Shown piece by piece: positions 1 to 9,295 of a stretch of 32,000 bases of DNA (its first letter is position 1; every line of letters begins with the position of its first letter). The stretch is from Flavobacteriaceae bacterium. Its GTDB lineage: Bacteria; Bacteroidota; Bacteroidia; Flavobacteriales; Flavobacteriaceae. The notes beneath the pieces were generated by a model. The model did not search any database, was not told the origin of the DNA, and worked only from the letters and a program-made list of their open reading frames with translations. The stretch spans positions 4,200,001 to 4,232,000 of the forward strand of contig OZ245049.1 in NCBI GenBank assembly GCA_965224465.1, given 5' to 3'. The translations under genes were made by a program, and so were the position numbers.

Positions 1-281
1 TTGCGCAAACATCATTGTTTTTAATGATTATTTGCATGGGGATATTTTTTGGTATTTCAAAACAGGATTGGATCAATCAATTTCTTGCTATGGGACTTGT
101 TTTAGCCACAGAGGGCATAAATACAGCGGTAGAAAAACTAGCGGATTTTGTACATATAGAACAACACCCTAAAATTGGTTTTATAAAAGATATTGCGGCT
201 GGAGCTGTTGCATTTGCAGCACTTTTTGGTCTTATTATTTTTATAATTATTTATGTACCCTATTTTAAAGTCTATGTATAA
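1..281 (+). CDS. dgkA: Diacylglycerol kinase / undecaprenol kinase family membrane protein, C-terminal part (5' end upstream of window)
   Basis: The frame is open from nt 3, with no stop before the listed TTG at 15. The motif EGINTAVEKLADFVH...IKDIAAGAVAFAALF matches the prokaryotic DAGK signature (E-x-xNTAIE...KD-AAGAV). The protein is hydrophobic. Confidence 0.7.
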   Translation, partial: AQTSLFLMIICMGIFFGISKQDWINQFLAMGLVLATEGINTAVEKLADFVHIEQHPKIGFIKDIAAGAVAFAALFGLIIFIIIYVPYFKVYV

Positions 282-2253
282 TAAAATTTTTAACGGTCGT
301 TTTTCCACATTGTATGCCTTTGTGATAGCGTACCTAATTATCTCATTTGTGATACGAAGTATCTTTTTCGTACTCTCTTATCAACAGATAGATTTTTCGT
401 TTTTTAATGTATTAAGCATTCTTTCGCTTGGGTTTCTATACGATTTGGGAGCTGCAATTTTCTTTATATTTATTTATGCTAGTTATTTGCTTATTATTCC
501 TTCAAAAATAATAGGGTCGGTTCTTGATAAAATAGCCATTTATTCGATTTTATCGTTGACTTTGTTTATCACAATATTTTCTTTTCTAGGAGAAATTCCT
601 TTTTGGGAGGAGTTTAATACGCGGTATAATTTTATTGCTGTTGATTATTTAATTTACACGTACGAAGTAGTAGAAAATATCAATCAGTCTTATCCATTAC
701 CTATGCTTATTGCATTGTTATTGTTTTTGTGTCTCGCATTGCTGTATATATTTACAGTAACTAAAAGATTTCAGAATACGTTTACTGTTAAAACAAGTTT
801 TAAATCTAGATTTTTACACTTTTTGGGAATTCTATTTGTTTTCTTGTTTTATATTCAATGTGTAACTAATAAACAAGCTGAGGTAAGTGATAATACGTAC
901 AATAATGAATTGTCTAAAAATGGTGTTTTTTCTTTTTTTGCAGCCTATCGATCTAACGAATTAGATTTTCATACATTTTATGCAACTTTAACTGAAAAAG
1001 AGGCATTTGATACAATGAGAAAGGAGTTAAAACAGGAGAATCAAGAATTTTTATCTACAGAAAATACTATATTTTTAAGGGATACTAAAAGCGATTCAAT
1101 TGCTTTAAAGCCAACAATCATATTAATCTGTCTCGAAAGTTTTAATGCGGATTTTATGCAGTCCTTTGGGAATACCAAAGGACTGACTCCAAATCTTGAT
1201 GCCTTAGCTAGTAAAAGTATTTTATTTACAGACATGTATGCAACAGGGACTCGTACAGTGAGGGGGATGGAAGCAATTACTTTAAGTGTGCCTCCTACTC
1301 CTGGTCATAGCATTGTGAGGCGACCAGGTAATAGTAATTTGTATTCCATAGCATCTGTTTTAAGACAACAAAAATACGATTTGAGTTTCTTTTACGGAGG
1401 AGATGGGTATTTTGATAATATGAATAGTTTTTTTGGAGGGCAAGGATTTGATATTGTTGATAGAAATAGAGGTAACCCATTGTCAGACGATATCAAAACA
1501 ATACGTACCAATATCACAGATGATGAAGTGACTTTTGAAAATGCTTGGGGGATTTGTGATGAAGATATTTATACCAAAGTGCTACAAACGGCAGATGCTA
1601 ATTATTTAGCAGGAAAATCTACGTTTAGTTTTGTGATGACTACATCTAACCACCGCCCCTATACTTTTCCTGATGGGAAAATTGATATGCCACAAGGATC
1701 AAGAGAAGCAGCTGTGAAATATACAGATTATGCTCTGGGTGATTTTATAAAGAAAGCACAACAAAAACCATGGTTTAAAAACACTGTCTTTGTGGTTGTC
1801 GCAGATCATTGTGCAAGTAGTGCTGGGAAATGGGATATTACTATTGATAAACATCATATCCCTGCATTTATCTATAATTTACCGGGGATTCCAGCAGAGA
1901 ATATTTCTAAATTGGTTTCTCAAATTGATATTATGCCTACTGTTTTTGGATATTTAAATTGGAATTATACCACGGCACTATACGGCAAGGATATTTGTCA
2001 AATGTCAAAAAAAGAGGAAAGAGCATTGATAGGTAATTATAGAACAGTAGGAATGTTAAGAAATGCTGTGTTTACAGAAATTAATGACCGTAAACAAATC
2101 CATCAATATAATTGGGATTCTGAATTAAAACAAATGCATAAAGCAAAGCTTTCAAATAAATTATTTGAAGATGTAACAATATCTTATTATCAAACAGCAA
2201 GTGAACGGTATAAAAATGGATTAATGAAAGATAGGCAAGCAATATTGCGTTAA
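253..2253 (+). CDS. LTA-synthase family / sulfatase-like phosphoglycerol (or phosphoethanolamine) transferase, alkaline-phosphatase superfamily
   Basis: 666 aa. The N-terminus has multiple TM helices, followed by a sulfatase-type domain (ILICLESFNADF metal site, TGTRTVRGMEA, VVVADHCAS). The start is either ATG 253 or ATG 277; the latter overlaps the dgkA stop (ATGTATAA). Confidence 0.75.
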   Translation: MYPILKSMYNKIFNGRFSTLYAFVIAYLIISFVIRSIFFVLSYQQIDFSFFNVLSILSLGFLYDLGAAIFFIFIYASYLLIIPSKIIGSVLDKIAIYSILSLTLFITIFSFLGEIPFWEEFNTRYNFIAVDYLIYTYEVVENINQSYPLPMLIALLLFLCLALLYIFTVTKRFQNTFTVKTSFKSRFLHFLGILFVFLFYIQCVTNKQAEVSDNTYNNELSKNGVFSFFAAYRSNELDFHTFYATLTEKEAFDTMRKELKQENQEFLSTENTIFLRDTKSDSIALKPTIILICLESFNADFMQSFGNTKGLTPNLDALASKSILFTDMYATGTRTVRGMEAITLSVPPTPGHSIVRRPGNSNLYSIASVLRQQKYDLSFFYGGDGYFDNMNSFFGGQGFDIVDRNRGNPLSDDIKTIRTNITDDEVTFENAWGICDEDIYTKVLQTADANYLAGKSTFSFVMTTSNHRPYTFPDGKIDMPQGSREAAVKYTDYALGDFIKKAQQKPWFKNTVFVVVADHCASSAGKWDITIDKHHIPAFIYNLPGIPAENISKLVSQIDIMPTVFGYLNWNYTTALYGKDICQMSKKEERALIGNYRTVGMLRNAVFTEINDRKQIHQYNWDSELKQMHKAKLSNKLFEDVTISYYQTASERYKNGLMKDRQAILR

Positions 2254-2811
2254 TAAAAGGGAGTATGTGTCTTTTTTTTGTTGAAAAATAAGGATAAACC
2301 TACAAAGGTATATGTGTGCTTACGTGTCTTAAGTGTTGTATTATATGTGTTTACTTGAAAGGTGTTTGTGGGCGTCTCCTTGGAATCTTATCCAATTGTG
2401 TTAAATAAGGATTAAAAACAGTGGCATAGATACGGTTTTTACGTTGTGTTCGTTATTACACATAAGTTTGTTGTTTTTTGTCTGACCTATTTGAAGCAGT
2501 TGGAGGGTATGCATCCTTATAAAAATGTAAAATAAGTTAAAAATCATACGGAGTATTGCTGTTTTGGACAATAGGAGTTAATGATATAAGTGGATATGTT
2601 TTAAAGACAGAAGATATTCTTGTCTTTAAGAGCATGGCTTTGATGTATTTGATCTCAGAAATACAAGAAAAATAATAAAAGAGTTGATGTTTTAAAAATA
2701 GCAAAAAAACCTTGCCAGACCATCTGTATAAGATGAGGCTAGTGTTCTGTCTTATAGCACCATTTATAAGGGGGTAAGACGTGTGGATTGCTAATGAAAT
2801 TAGAAGAATAA

Positions 2812-3249
2812 ATGATCAGATTTAATAGAGAGTCTCTATGTACACTGCTGTTCCTTTTTATAGGAATGCTTACATGGGGGCAGCAAATAAACGATATAGA
2901 GGGCTATTGGAAGTCTTGCGATGAAGATGATAACATGGTTGTTCGTGTGGTGCTAGATGATAACAGGATTCCAACGGCTCATTTAATAGGTTTTCAAAGA
3001 AACGATGGGTCATGGCAAGAAGATAAACCTCAAAAAGGAATAAAAGTAATGTATAAGTTTAAATACAGTGCTAATTTAACATGGAAAAACGGGAAAATTT
3101 ATGATCCTATTACCAAAAGAACCTATCGGGGAGTGATACAATTACAAAGTAAAGATACGATTAAAGCAACGGGGTATTGGGCTTTTTTATGGGATGATAT
3201 TTTGTATAAAAGAATAACGTTAAAAGAAGCTGATGAACCAGAGAGTTAA
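2812..3249 (+). CDS. DUF2147-domain secreted protein
   Basis: Signal peptide, then GYWKS...D and the C-terminal block KNGKIYDPITKRTYRGVIQL..DTIKATGYW typical of DUF2147. Confidence 0.7.
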   Translation: MIRFNRESLCTLLFLFIGMLTWGQQINDIEGYWKSCDEDDNMVVRVVLDDNRIPTAHLIGFQRNDGSWQEDKPQKGIKVMYKFKYSANLTWKNGKIYDPITKRTYRGVIQLQSKDTIKATGYWAFLWDDILYKRITLKEADEPES

Positions 3250-5734
3250 TAAGAATAATTGTGAGTTCTTGTTTTTAGTATTCTTTTTGTTTTCGTTCAA
3301 TCTATGTATTGGGCAAGAATTCAATGGGCTTATAAAGGACAAGGAAGAAAATACGAGTTTACCTTTTGTAAATATATATTTTAAAGGGACCTCTATAGGT
3401 GTTACCTCTGATCTTGATGGTAAATTTTCTATAAGTAAAAAAAGATCTATTAAAAGTGACTCTCTCATATTTAGTTTTATGGGATATCATACAAAAACAC
3501 TATCGGTAAATGCCTTAAATAAAAACACCGTTGTTTTCTTGAAATCAGAAGAAAGCCAACTAAAAACAGTTGTTTTAACCGCAAAGGAATTGCCTTATAC
3601 CGAATATTTGATGCGAAAAATAATTCGGAATAAAAAAAACAATAATCCTGCAAATGTTAAGAAAGTTACGTTTAAGGAGGTTTCATTGTTAGCTGTTTAT
3701 TTGTCAAATTTGGACGAGGATATATTAAGCTCTAGACGATTTAGAAATTATAAAGAAGCTTTTATAAGAGATAAGGATTCTATGGTTATGATGCCTGTTC
3801 TTTTTAGTAAAGAGATTTTTTCTCACACGATTAATAAAAATAAAAATATAAAAACAAATATTTTTAGTGAACAGAAAGGTACTTTAGAACAATTAAATAG
3901 CTTGATAAAAACAACAATAAATAATAAAATAACACAATCTGTTAATTTCTATGATGATAATATTGATTTATTAGGAAGGAGTTTTCCTAGTCCTATTTCT
4001 TCAAATTACAAAGCGTATTATAGAATGATATTGGCAGATAGTACGTTTGTAAACGGTGTCAAGCATTACCAGTTTGAGTATTATCCAAAGAACGAAAAAA
4101 ACGCCGTATTTGATGGTAGTTTTTGGGTAGATACAAATTCTTATGCACTTACAGAAATTGAAGCTTCTATTCCTGTTGAAGCAAATGTGAATTTTATAAA
4201 AAGTTTAGAGATTGCCTTAAAATACAAAAAAGTAGCGGGTACATATTGGATGGTGTCATCACAGAAAACAACTACTTCTTTTTCTTTTGTCTCCTCTAAA
4301 AACAAAAAAAATACCAGTTATTTTTCTGTCCAAAAAAATCAAAGATTTGTTGATTTTAATAAGAGTATTGTTGGAATAACACCAACAAAGAGTGGTTTAA
4401 ACTCCTCCGTATCTGGAAATAGTAATGCACTACTTTTAATGGATGAGGTGAAATTAGATGCCTTTGAGAAAAAGACACTCAAAGGAATAAATCAACTCAA
4501 AAATAATGGTTTCATTAAATTTGTAGACCGTTTTGGAGCCATGACTTTAAATGGTTATTACAACTTGAATACATTTGATTTGGGGCCTTATTTTGACTTG
4601 TATTATAAAAATGGCTTAGAAGGAAGTCGTTTTACGATCCCCTTAAGAACGAGTAAAAAAATGTCTAAAAAATTCACTGTTGGTGGCTATCTCGGATATG
4701 GTAATAAAGATAAAAAGTTTAAATATGGTGTCAATTTAAAATACTTGCTTCCAGTAGATAAACGCACTGTTTTAACATTCGATTATTTTGATGATTATAA
4801 AACAATTACGCAGAATCGGTATATAAAATTTATTCAAGAAAACCCTTATTCTTCTGGAGGAGGTAATATTCTTTCTGTTTTTAGTAGTAACGATCGTTTG
4901 GATTATCATTTATTTAGAAGAAAACATTTCGAGTTTAGTGTTTCATATCAAAACAATCAAAATTCTCGGTTGTTTTTTAAACCCTTTTACGATTCGTATG
5001 AGCAAAATAAATTCAACCCGTTAATTCATAATGGAATTAAAATAAAAGGATTTAAAACAATTGGATTGGTGACAGATTTAAGGTATTCAAAGGCTAGAAA
5101 TTTTGATCAACAATTTTTTTCTAGAATTTATTTTGGTTCAACAATTCCTGTTTATCACTTAACAGTAGAAGTGGGGAGTAACCAAATTGTTGGGAGTTCG
5201 GATAGGTTCTCTGGTTTTTATACGAGACTAAATGCATCGGTTAAAAAGAAATTTTTACTAGGGACAAGTTTTATAAAACTATATATGAATGCAGGTTGTA
5301 TTTTCGGAAAAGTACCATACCCATTGCTTAATAATCCGAGTGGAAATCAAAATATAGGATTGGCTAGGTTTAATTATAATTTACTAAATCCTATTTCTTT
5401 TACCTCTGATGTTTTTACCAATTTACATCTAAGTTTTAATGGAGGAGGGGTTTTGTTTAATAAGGTGCCGATATTGTCTTCCTTAAATTTGAGAGAGTCT
5501 TTGTCGTTTAAAGCATTTTACGGAAAATTAAGAAACAACAATTCACAATTTTTTAAACTACCAGAAGGTTTAAAAACCATATCAAATCAACCTTATATGG
5601 AACTAGGAATTGGCGTTAGTAATATATTTAAGGTATTGCGTATCGAGTATGTTAAGCGAATAAATACAGGGAGTTTTTATGATGGAATATCTATAAAAGG
5701 AGCGATAAGATTAAGAGTAGAAGTAAGTTTTTAA
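3233..5734 (+). CDS. DUF5686 / carboxypeptidase-regulatory-like domain outer-membrane-associated protein
   Basis: 833 aa. Signal peptide, then a CarboxypepD_reg-like N-terminus (GLIKDKEENTSLPFVNIYFKGTSIGVTSDLDGKFSI). The long beta-rich remainder ends in ...RLRVEVSF (aromatic C-terminus). Overlaps the DUF2147 gene by 17 nt. Confidence 0.7.
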   Translation: MNQRVNKNNCEFLFLVFFLFSFNLCIGQEFNGLIKDKEENTSLPFVNIYFKGTSIGVTSDLDGKFSISKKRSIKSDSLIFSFMGYHTKTLSVNALNKNTVVFLKSEESQLKTVVLTAKELPYTEYLMRKIIRNKKNNNPANVKKVTFKEVSLLAVYLSNLDEDILSSRRFRNYKEAFIRDKDSMVMMPVLFSKEIFSHTINKNKNIKTNIFSEQKGTLEQLNSLIKTTINNKITQSVNFYDDNIDLLGRSFPSPISSNYKAYYRMILADSTFVNGVKHYQFEYYPKNEKNAVFDGSFWVDTNSYALTEIEASIPVEANVNFIKSLEIALKYKKVAGTYWMVSSQKTTTSFSFVSSKNKKNTSYFSVQKNQRFVDFNKSIVGITPTKSGLNSSVSGNSNALLLMDEVKLDAFEKKTLKGINQLKNNGFIKFVDRFGAMTLNGYYNLNTFDLGPYFDLYYKNGLEGSRFTIPLRTSKKMSKKFTVGGYLGYGNKDKKFKYGVNLKYLLPVDKRTVLTFDYFDDYKTITQNRYIKFIQENPYSSGGGNILSVFSSNDRLDYHLFRRKHFEFSVSYQNNQNSRLFFKPFYDSYEQNKFNPLIHNGIKIKGFKTIGLVTDLRYSKARNFDQQFFSRIYFGSTIPVYHLTVEVGSNQIVGSSDRFSGFYTRLNASVKKKFLLGTSFIKLYMNAGCIFGKVPYPLLNNPSGNQNIGLARFNYNLLNPISFTSDVFTNLHLSFNGGGVLFNKVPILSSLNLRESLSFKAFYGKLRNNNSQFFKLPEGLKTISNQPYMELGIGVSNIFKVLRIEYVKRINTGSFYDGISIKGAIRLRVEVSF

Positions 5735-5760
5735 CCCCTTATCAAGGGTTTTGTTTTCCG
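5735..5760 (+). terminator. Weak candidate intrinsic terminator after the DUF5686 gene
   Basis: CCCTT-ATC-AAGGG (5-bp stem) followed by TTTTGTTTT. The stem is short. Confidence 0.3.
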
Positions 5761-5836
5761 AGGAAGCGCCTTGGAAATATAAAATATTATTTAGAAATCA
5801 TGCCTCGTGCCTTTGGGACGAGGTTATTGAATTTTA
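5753..5836 (+). repeat. Hairpin-repeat family 2, copy A
   Basis: GTTTTCCGAGGAAGCGCCTTGGA ... CCTCGTGCCTTTGGGACGAGGTTATTGAATTTTA aligns by eye with 31185-31296 (GTTTTCGGAAGTAGATGGCTTTGGA ... CCTCGTGTCTTTGCGGCGAGACTATTGATTTACA). It contains the stem CCTCGT/ACGAGG. A related short hairpin, CGTGTCTTTCGAGACG, lies at 5881-5896. Confidence 0.4.
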
Positions 5837-5950
5837 TGAGGTTTACCTCTAAATAGAAAATGTTTTTTTAAAGCATATATCGTGTCTTTCGAGACGTTAG
5901 TATCGCTTTTTAAAAACGTAAAATAGTAACAATACTAACCAAGCCGATTA
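5837..5950 (+). repeat. Possible degenerate, internally deleted relic of the ~160-bp element
   Basis: GGTTTA..AGAAAATG, TTTTTTTAAAGC, GTTAGTATCG and TAAAAACGTAAAATA occur in the same order as GGTTTAGAAATG, TTTTTGTTTTAGC, GTTATCG and CTAAAACGTAAAATA in copy 2. Alignment by eye only. Confidence 0.25.
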
Positions 5951-5972
5951 CAGTGCTTATAAAACTAAATGA

Positions 5973-7193
5973 ATGGGAAAATATGATTTTATAGAAAAGA
6001 GTAGACTTACCAAGGTGACTAGCTACTTAAAATCACAAGGATTGTATCCTTTTTTTAAAGAAGTGACCTCCTCTCAAACGGATGTTGCGTATTTTGGAGA
6101 TAAGAAAGTTTTAATGTTTGGATCTAATAATTATTTAGGATTAAACAATCATCCAAAAATAATAAAGGCAACACAGGATGCTATTGCTAAATACGGAACA
6201 TCTTGTACTGGTAGCCGTTTTATGAACGGAACTTTAGATTTACATCATAGGTTAGAGGACAGTCTAAAAGAGTTTTTAAATAAAGAAGCAGTCATTGTTT
6301 TTTCTACTGGTTTTCAAGTCAATTTAGGTGTGATCCCGGCTTTAGCAGGTAAAAATGACACTGTTTTTATAGATGAGTTAAATCATGCTTCCATTATCGA
6401 TGGCTGTCAGTTGAGTCATGCCAAAAGAGTGAAGTTCAAACATAGCAATATAGATGATTTAAAAAAGAAGCTTGCTTTGCCTACTGTAGCTGGAGCTAAG
6501 AAAATTATTATTACTGATGGTATTTTTTCTATGGATGGAGATATTGCTAAATTGGATGAAATTGTTGATGCAGCGAAAGATTGTAATGCTATTACCATGG
6601 TCGATTGTGCGCATGCCATTGGTGTTTTAGGTAAAAATGGTGCAGGAACGGCGTCTCATTTCGGAGTTACGGATCAGGTTGATCTTATTGGTGGAACTTT
6701 TAGTAAATCATTAGCGTCTGTTGGTGGGTTTATCGCTGGAGATTCTGATATGATAGAATATTTAAGTCATGCTTCTAGATCGTTTATGTTTAGTGCAAGT
6801 TTACCTCCAGCGTCTGTTGCTAGTGCACTAGCTGCATTAGAAATTATTAAAACAGACAATAGTTTTAAAGAGAAATTATGGGAAAACACCCATTATGCCA
6901 TTGCTAAAATGAAAGAGTTTGGATTGGATATTGGTAGTGGTGAAACTCCAATTATCCCCATTTATATTAGAAATACTGAAAAAACCTTTAGAGTTGCTAA
7001 GATGTTATTTGATAACGGAATCTATGTGAATCCTGTTGTATCGCCTGCCGTAAGAGATTCGGATTCCTTGTTGCGTTTTTCTCTTACTTCTGCACATAGT
7101 AAAGATCAAATATTATTTGCAGTATCAGAAATAGCAAAATCTATTGATTATTTTTCAAAACAAACAATTAAAATCGATGCCTGTATCAATTAA
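5973..7193 (+). CDS. PLP-dependent alpha-oxoamine synthase, serine palmitoyltransferase-like (Spt) or cysteate-fatty-acyl transferase-like (CapB/SulA type)
   Basis: 406 aa. Motifs: FGSNNYLGL, GTSCTGSRFMNGTLDLH (SPT-like rather than the BioF/Kbl pattern), FSMDGD, and GTFSKSL with the PLP lysine. Confidence 0.75.
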   Translation: MGKYDFIEKSRLTKVTSYLKSQGLYPFFKEVTSSQTDVAYFGDKKVLMFGSNNYLGLNNHPKIIKATQDAIAKYGTSCTGSRFMNGTLDLHHRLEDSLKEFLNKEAVIVFSTGFQVNLGVIPALAGKNDTVFIDELNHASIIDGCQLSHAKRVKFKHSNIDDLKKKLALPTVAGAKKIIITDGIFSMDGDIAKLDEIVDAAKDCNAITMVDCAHAIGVLGKNGAGTASHFGVTDQVDLIGGTFSKSLASVGGFIAGDSDMIEYLSHASRSFMFSASLPPASVASALAALEIIKTDNSFKEKLWENTHYAIAKMKEFGLDIGSGETPIIPIYIRNTEKTFRVAKMLFDNGIYVNPVVSPAVRDSDSLLRFSLTSAHSKDQILFAVSEIAKSIDYFSKQTIKIDACIN

Positions 7194-8298
7194 ATTAGTA
7201 AAAAGTAAAAAAGAATTGAATACTTTTATTCAATTTTATAATCAGTTATATAAAGCGAATCAATATGTAGCTTTTCCTTTAGATTTTGATGAAATTTCTA
7301 CCTTAACTGACGGAAAAAATCCAGCCCATGATATTTGTACATCAAGTTATTGGTTGGCTTATAAAAACAATAAAGTTGTTGGTAGAATAGCTGTTATTAT
7401 TAATGCAACAGAATTAAAAAAAGCAGCAACTCCGATTGGACGTTTTGGGTTTTATGATTTTGTAGATGACTACGAAGTCTCCAGGGCTTTAATGGATGCC
7501 GCTGTAAAATGGCTTAAGGAGCGTGCAATTAAAAATATACACGGGCCATTTGGGTTTACAGATCTTGACAGGCAGGGTATGTTAATAAGCGGGTTTGATC
7601 GTTTAGGAACGATGGCTACCATATATAACTTTGAGTATTATCAAAATCATATCGAAAAACTTAACTTTAAAAAAAGTATTGATTGGGTAGAATATACTTT
7701 TGAAATTAAGGATAAAGTACCATTGAAAATTGAGAGAATATCCAATTTTGTTCAAAAAAAGTACGCGTTAAGACCTTTGAAAATAAATAGTAAAAAAGAG
7801 CTTAAAAAATATATTCCTGAAATTTTCAGTTTAATTAACGTTGCGTATAAAAATTTGTATGGCTTTACAGAGCTTAATGATGATCAAATTGAATATTATG
7901 GGAATCTTTATTTCAGCTTTGTGAAAAAGGAATTTATTAGTATTATAATTGATGCGAATGCTTCGATTGTTGGTATTGGAATTACGCTCCCTTCTTTTAC
8001 GAAGGCTTTGCAAAAAGCAAAGGGGAAATTGCTGCCTTTTGGTTGGTATCATCTATTGAAATCATTAAAGTCTAATACGATTCTTGATTTGTATCTTGTG
8101 GCTGTCAAAGACGCGTATAGAGATAAAGGGGTGAGTGTAGTTATGATTGATCAATTATACAAAGAATCGATTCGTTTTGGGATCAAACGTATAGAAACTA
8201 ATATTGAATTAGAAGACAATGCGAATGTACAATCGCTATGGAAATATTTTGACGCGGAATTACATAAAAGAAGACGTTGTTTTATAAAAAACATATAG
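7177..8298 (+). CDS. Large (~370 aa) GNAT-like N-acyltransferase; candidate sphingoid or capnine N-acyltransferase (bCerS-like role)
   Basis: ATG 7177 overlaps the upstream stop by 17 nt (the listed ORF start 7144 lies further inside the upstream gene). GRIAVIIN...GRFGFYDFVDD, and a C-terminal acyl-CoA-binding-like segment LVAVKDAYRDKGVSVVM. The GNAT assignment comes from pattern memory, not a search. Confidence 0.55.
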   Translation: MPVSIKLVKSKKELNTFIQFYNQLYKANQYVAFPLDFDEISTLTDGKNPAHDICTSSYWLAYKNNKVVGRIAVIINATELKKAATPIGRFGFYDFVDDYEVSRALMDAAVKWLKERAIKNIHGPFGFTDLDRQGMLISGFDRLGTMATIYNFEYYQNHIEKLNFKKSIDWVEYTFEIKDKVPLKIERISNFVQKKYALRPLKINSKKELKKYIPEIFSLINVAYKNLYGFTELNDDQIEYYGNLYFSFVKKEFISIIIDANASIVGIGITLPSFTKALQKAKGKLLPFGWYHLLKSLKSNTILDLYLVAVKDAYRDKGVSVVMIDQLYKESIRFGIKRIETNIELEDNANVQSLWKYFDAELHKRRRCFIKNI

Positions 8299-8299
8299 T

Positions 8300-9271
8300 A
8301 TGGCAGATCTGCAAAAAAAAATATTAATTACAGGGGCGACTGGTTTTATAGGTAAATATATTGTGGAACATGCCTTGAAAAATAATTTCGAAGTATATAT
8401 TGCCGTTCGAAAGACGAGCAGTATAAAAAGAATTAATGCGTTTAAATTTCATACAATACAGGTGGACTTTTCATCCGAAGAAACAATAAATGCATCTTTT
8501 TCATCTGACTTGATTTTTGATGTAGTTGTTCATAATGCGGGTGTTAAGTCGTCTAGTGCTAAGGCATTGTTCTATAAATACAATGTAGAATTAACAAAAA
8601 ATATCTGCACTGTTTTACGAAAAAGAAAATTACTAAAAGGTAGATTTGTTTATATAAGTAGCTTGGCAGCTCTAGGTCCTGGGGATCCAAAGTTGTTAAA
8701 TGATATTACAGAGGAACAATTACAGCAGCCTATTTCACATTATGGGAAAAGTAAATTAAGGGCAGAGAAGGAAGTTGTTTCTTCTGGATTTCCCTACGTT
8801 ATTTTACGTCCTACAGCTGTATATGGTGTGGGTTCTCTTGATTATAAAGATTTGATAAATGTGGTGAATAGAGGAGTGGCAGTTTACACTGCAAACCCAA
8901 AACAATCGTTGTCGTTTATTCATGCAGAAGATGTGGCAAAAGTGATTTTTCTATCTTTGATTTTGAAGGTGGAAAACCAGTGTTTTAATCTTTCTGACGG
9001 ACATAAATACACCTTAGAAAGTGTTTATAATACGGTGTCTAAATCCTTAAATAAGCCTCTTAAGTGGCGGTTTCAGATTCCTCTTTTTCTCGTGTATTCG
9101 GTAGCCTACGTAAATAGCTTAATCGAACGTTTTTTTAAAATTGAGAATGCATTAAATAGCATTGAGAAAGCAACGGAAATAACAGCGATGAATTGGACGT
9201 GTTCTGCTACAAAATTAAAATTAAAACTGAAGTTTAAGCCCTCTCATACACTCTCTGAAATAATTAATTAA
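8300..9271 (+). CDS. NAD(P)-dependent epimerase/dehydratase-family (extended SDR) reductase; candidate 3-keto-sphingoid / dehydrocapnine reductase
   Basis: Rossmann motif ITGATGFIGKYIV and catalytic YGKSK (YxxxK). The start is 1 nt after the upstream stop. Confidence 0.75.
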   Translation: MADLQKKILITGATGFIGKYIVEHALKNNFEVYIAVRKTSSIKRINAFKFHTIQVDFSSEETINASFSSDLIFDVVVHNAGVKSSSAKALFYKYNVELTKNICTVLRKRKLLKGRFVYISSLAALGPGDPKLLNDITEEQLQQPISHYGKSKLRAEKEVVSSGFPYVILRPTAVYGVGSLDYKDLINVVNRGVAVYTANPKQSLSFIHAEDVAKVIFLSLILKVENQCFNLSDGHKYTLESVYNTVSKSLNKPLKWRFQIPLFLVYSVAYVNSLIERFFKIENALNSIEKATEITAMNWTCSATKLKLKLKFKPSHTLSEIIN

Positions 9272-9295
9272 TTTTTATTGTAAACCTTTTTAAAG

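Noticed and set aside
15-281. TTG at nt 15 as the start of an 88-aa protein
   Set aside because: The reading frame is open back to the window edge, and DgkA-family proteins are ~120 aa. The gene is truncated by the window rather than starting at 15.
1041-1480. Minus-strand ORFs of 61-64 aa inside the LtaS-like gene. The same pattern recurs with small antisense ORFs inside other long CDSs (6416-6619, 7831-8052, 11281-11481, 13422-13634, 16100-16863, 19009-20757, 24786-25944, 28761-28958, 29728-30534).
   Set aside because: All are embedded antisense in confidently assigned genes. They have AT-rich-frame compositional bias and no promoter or terminator context, so they are chance ORFs typical of low-GC DNA.
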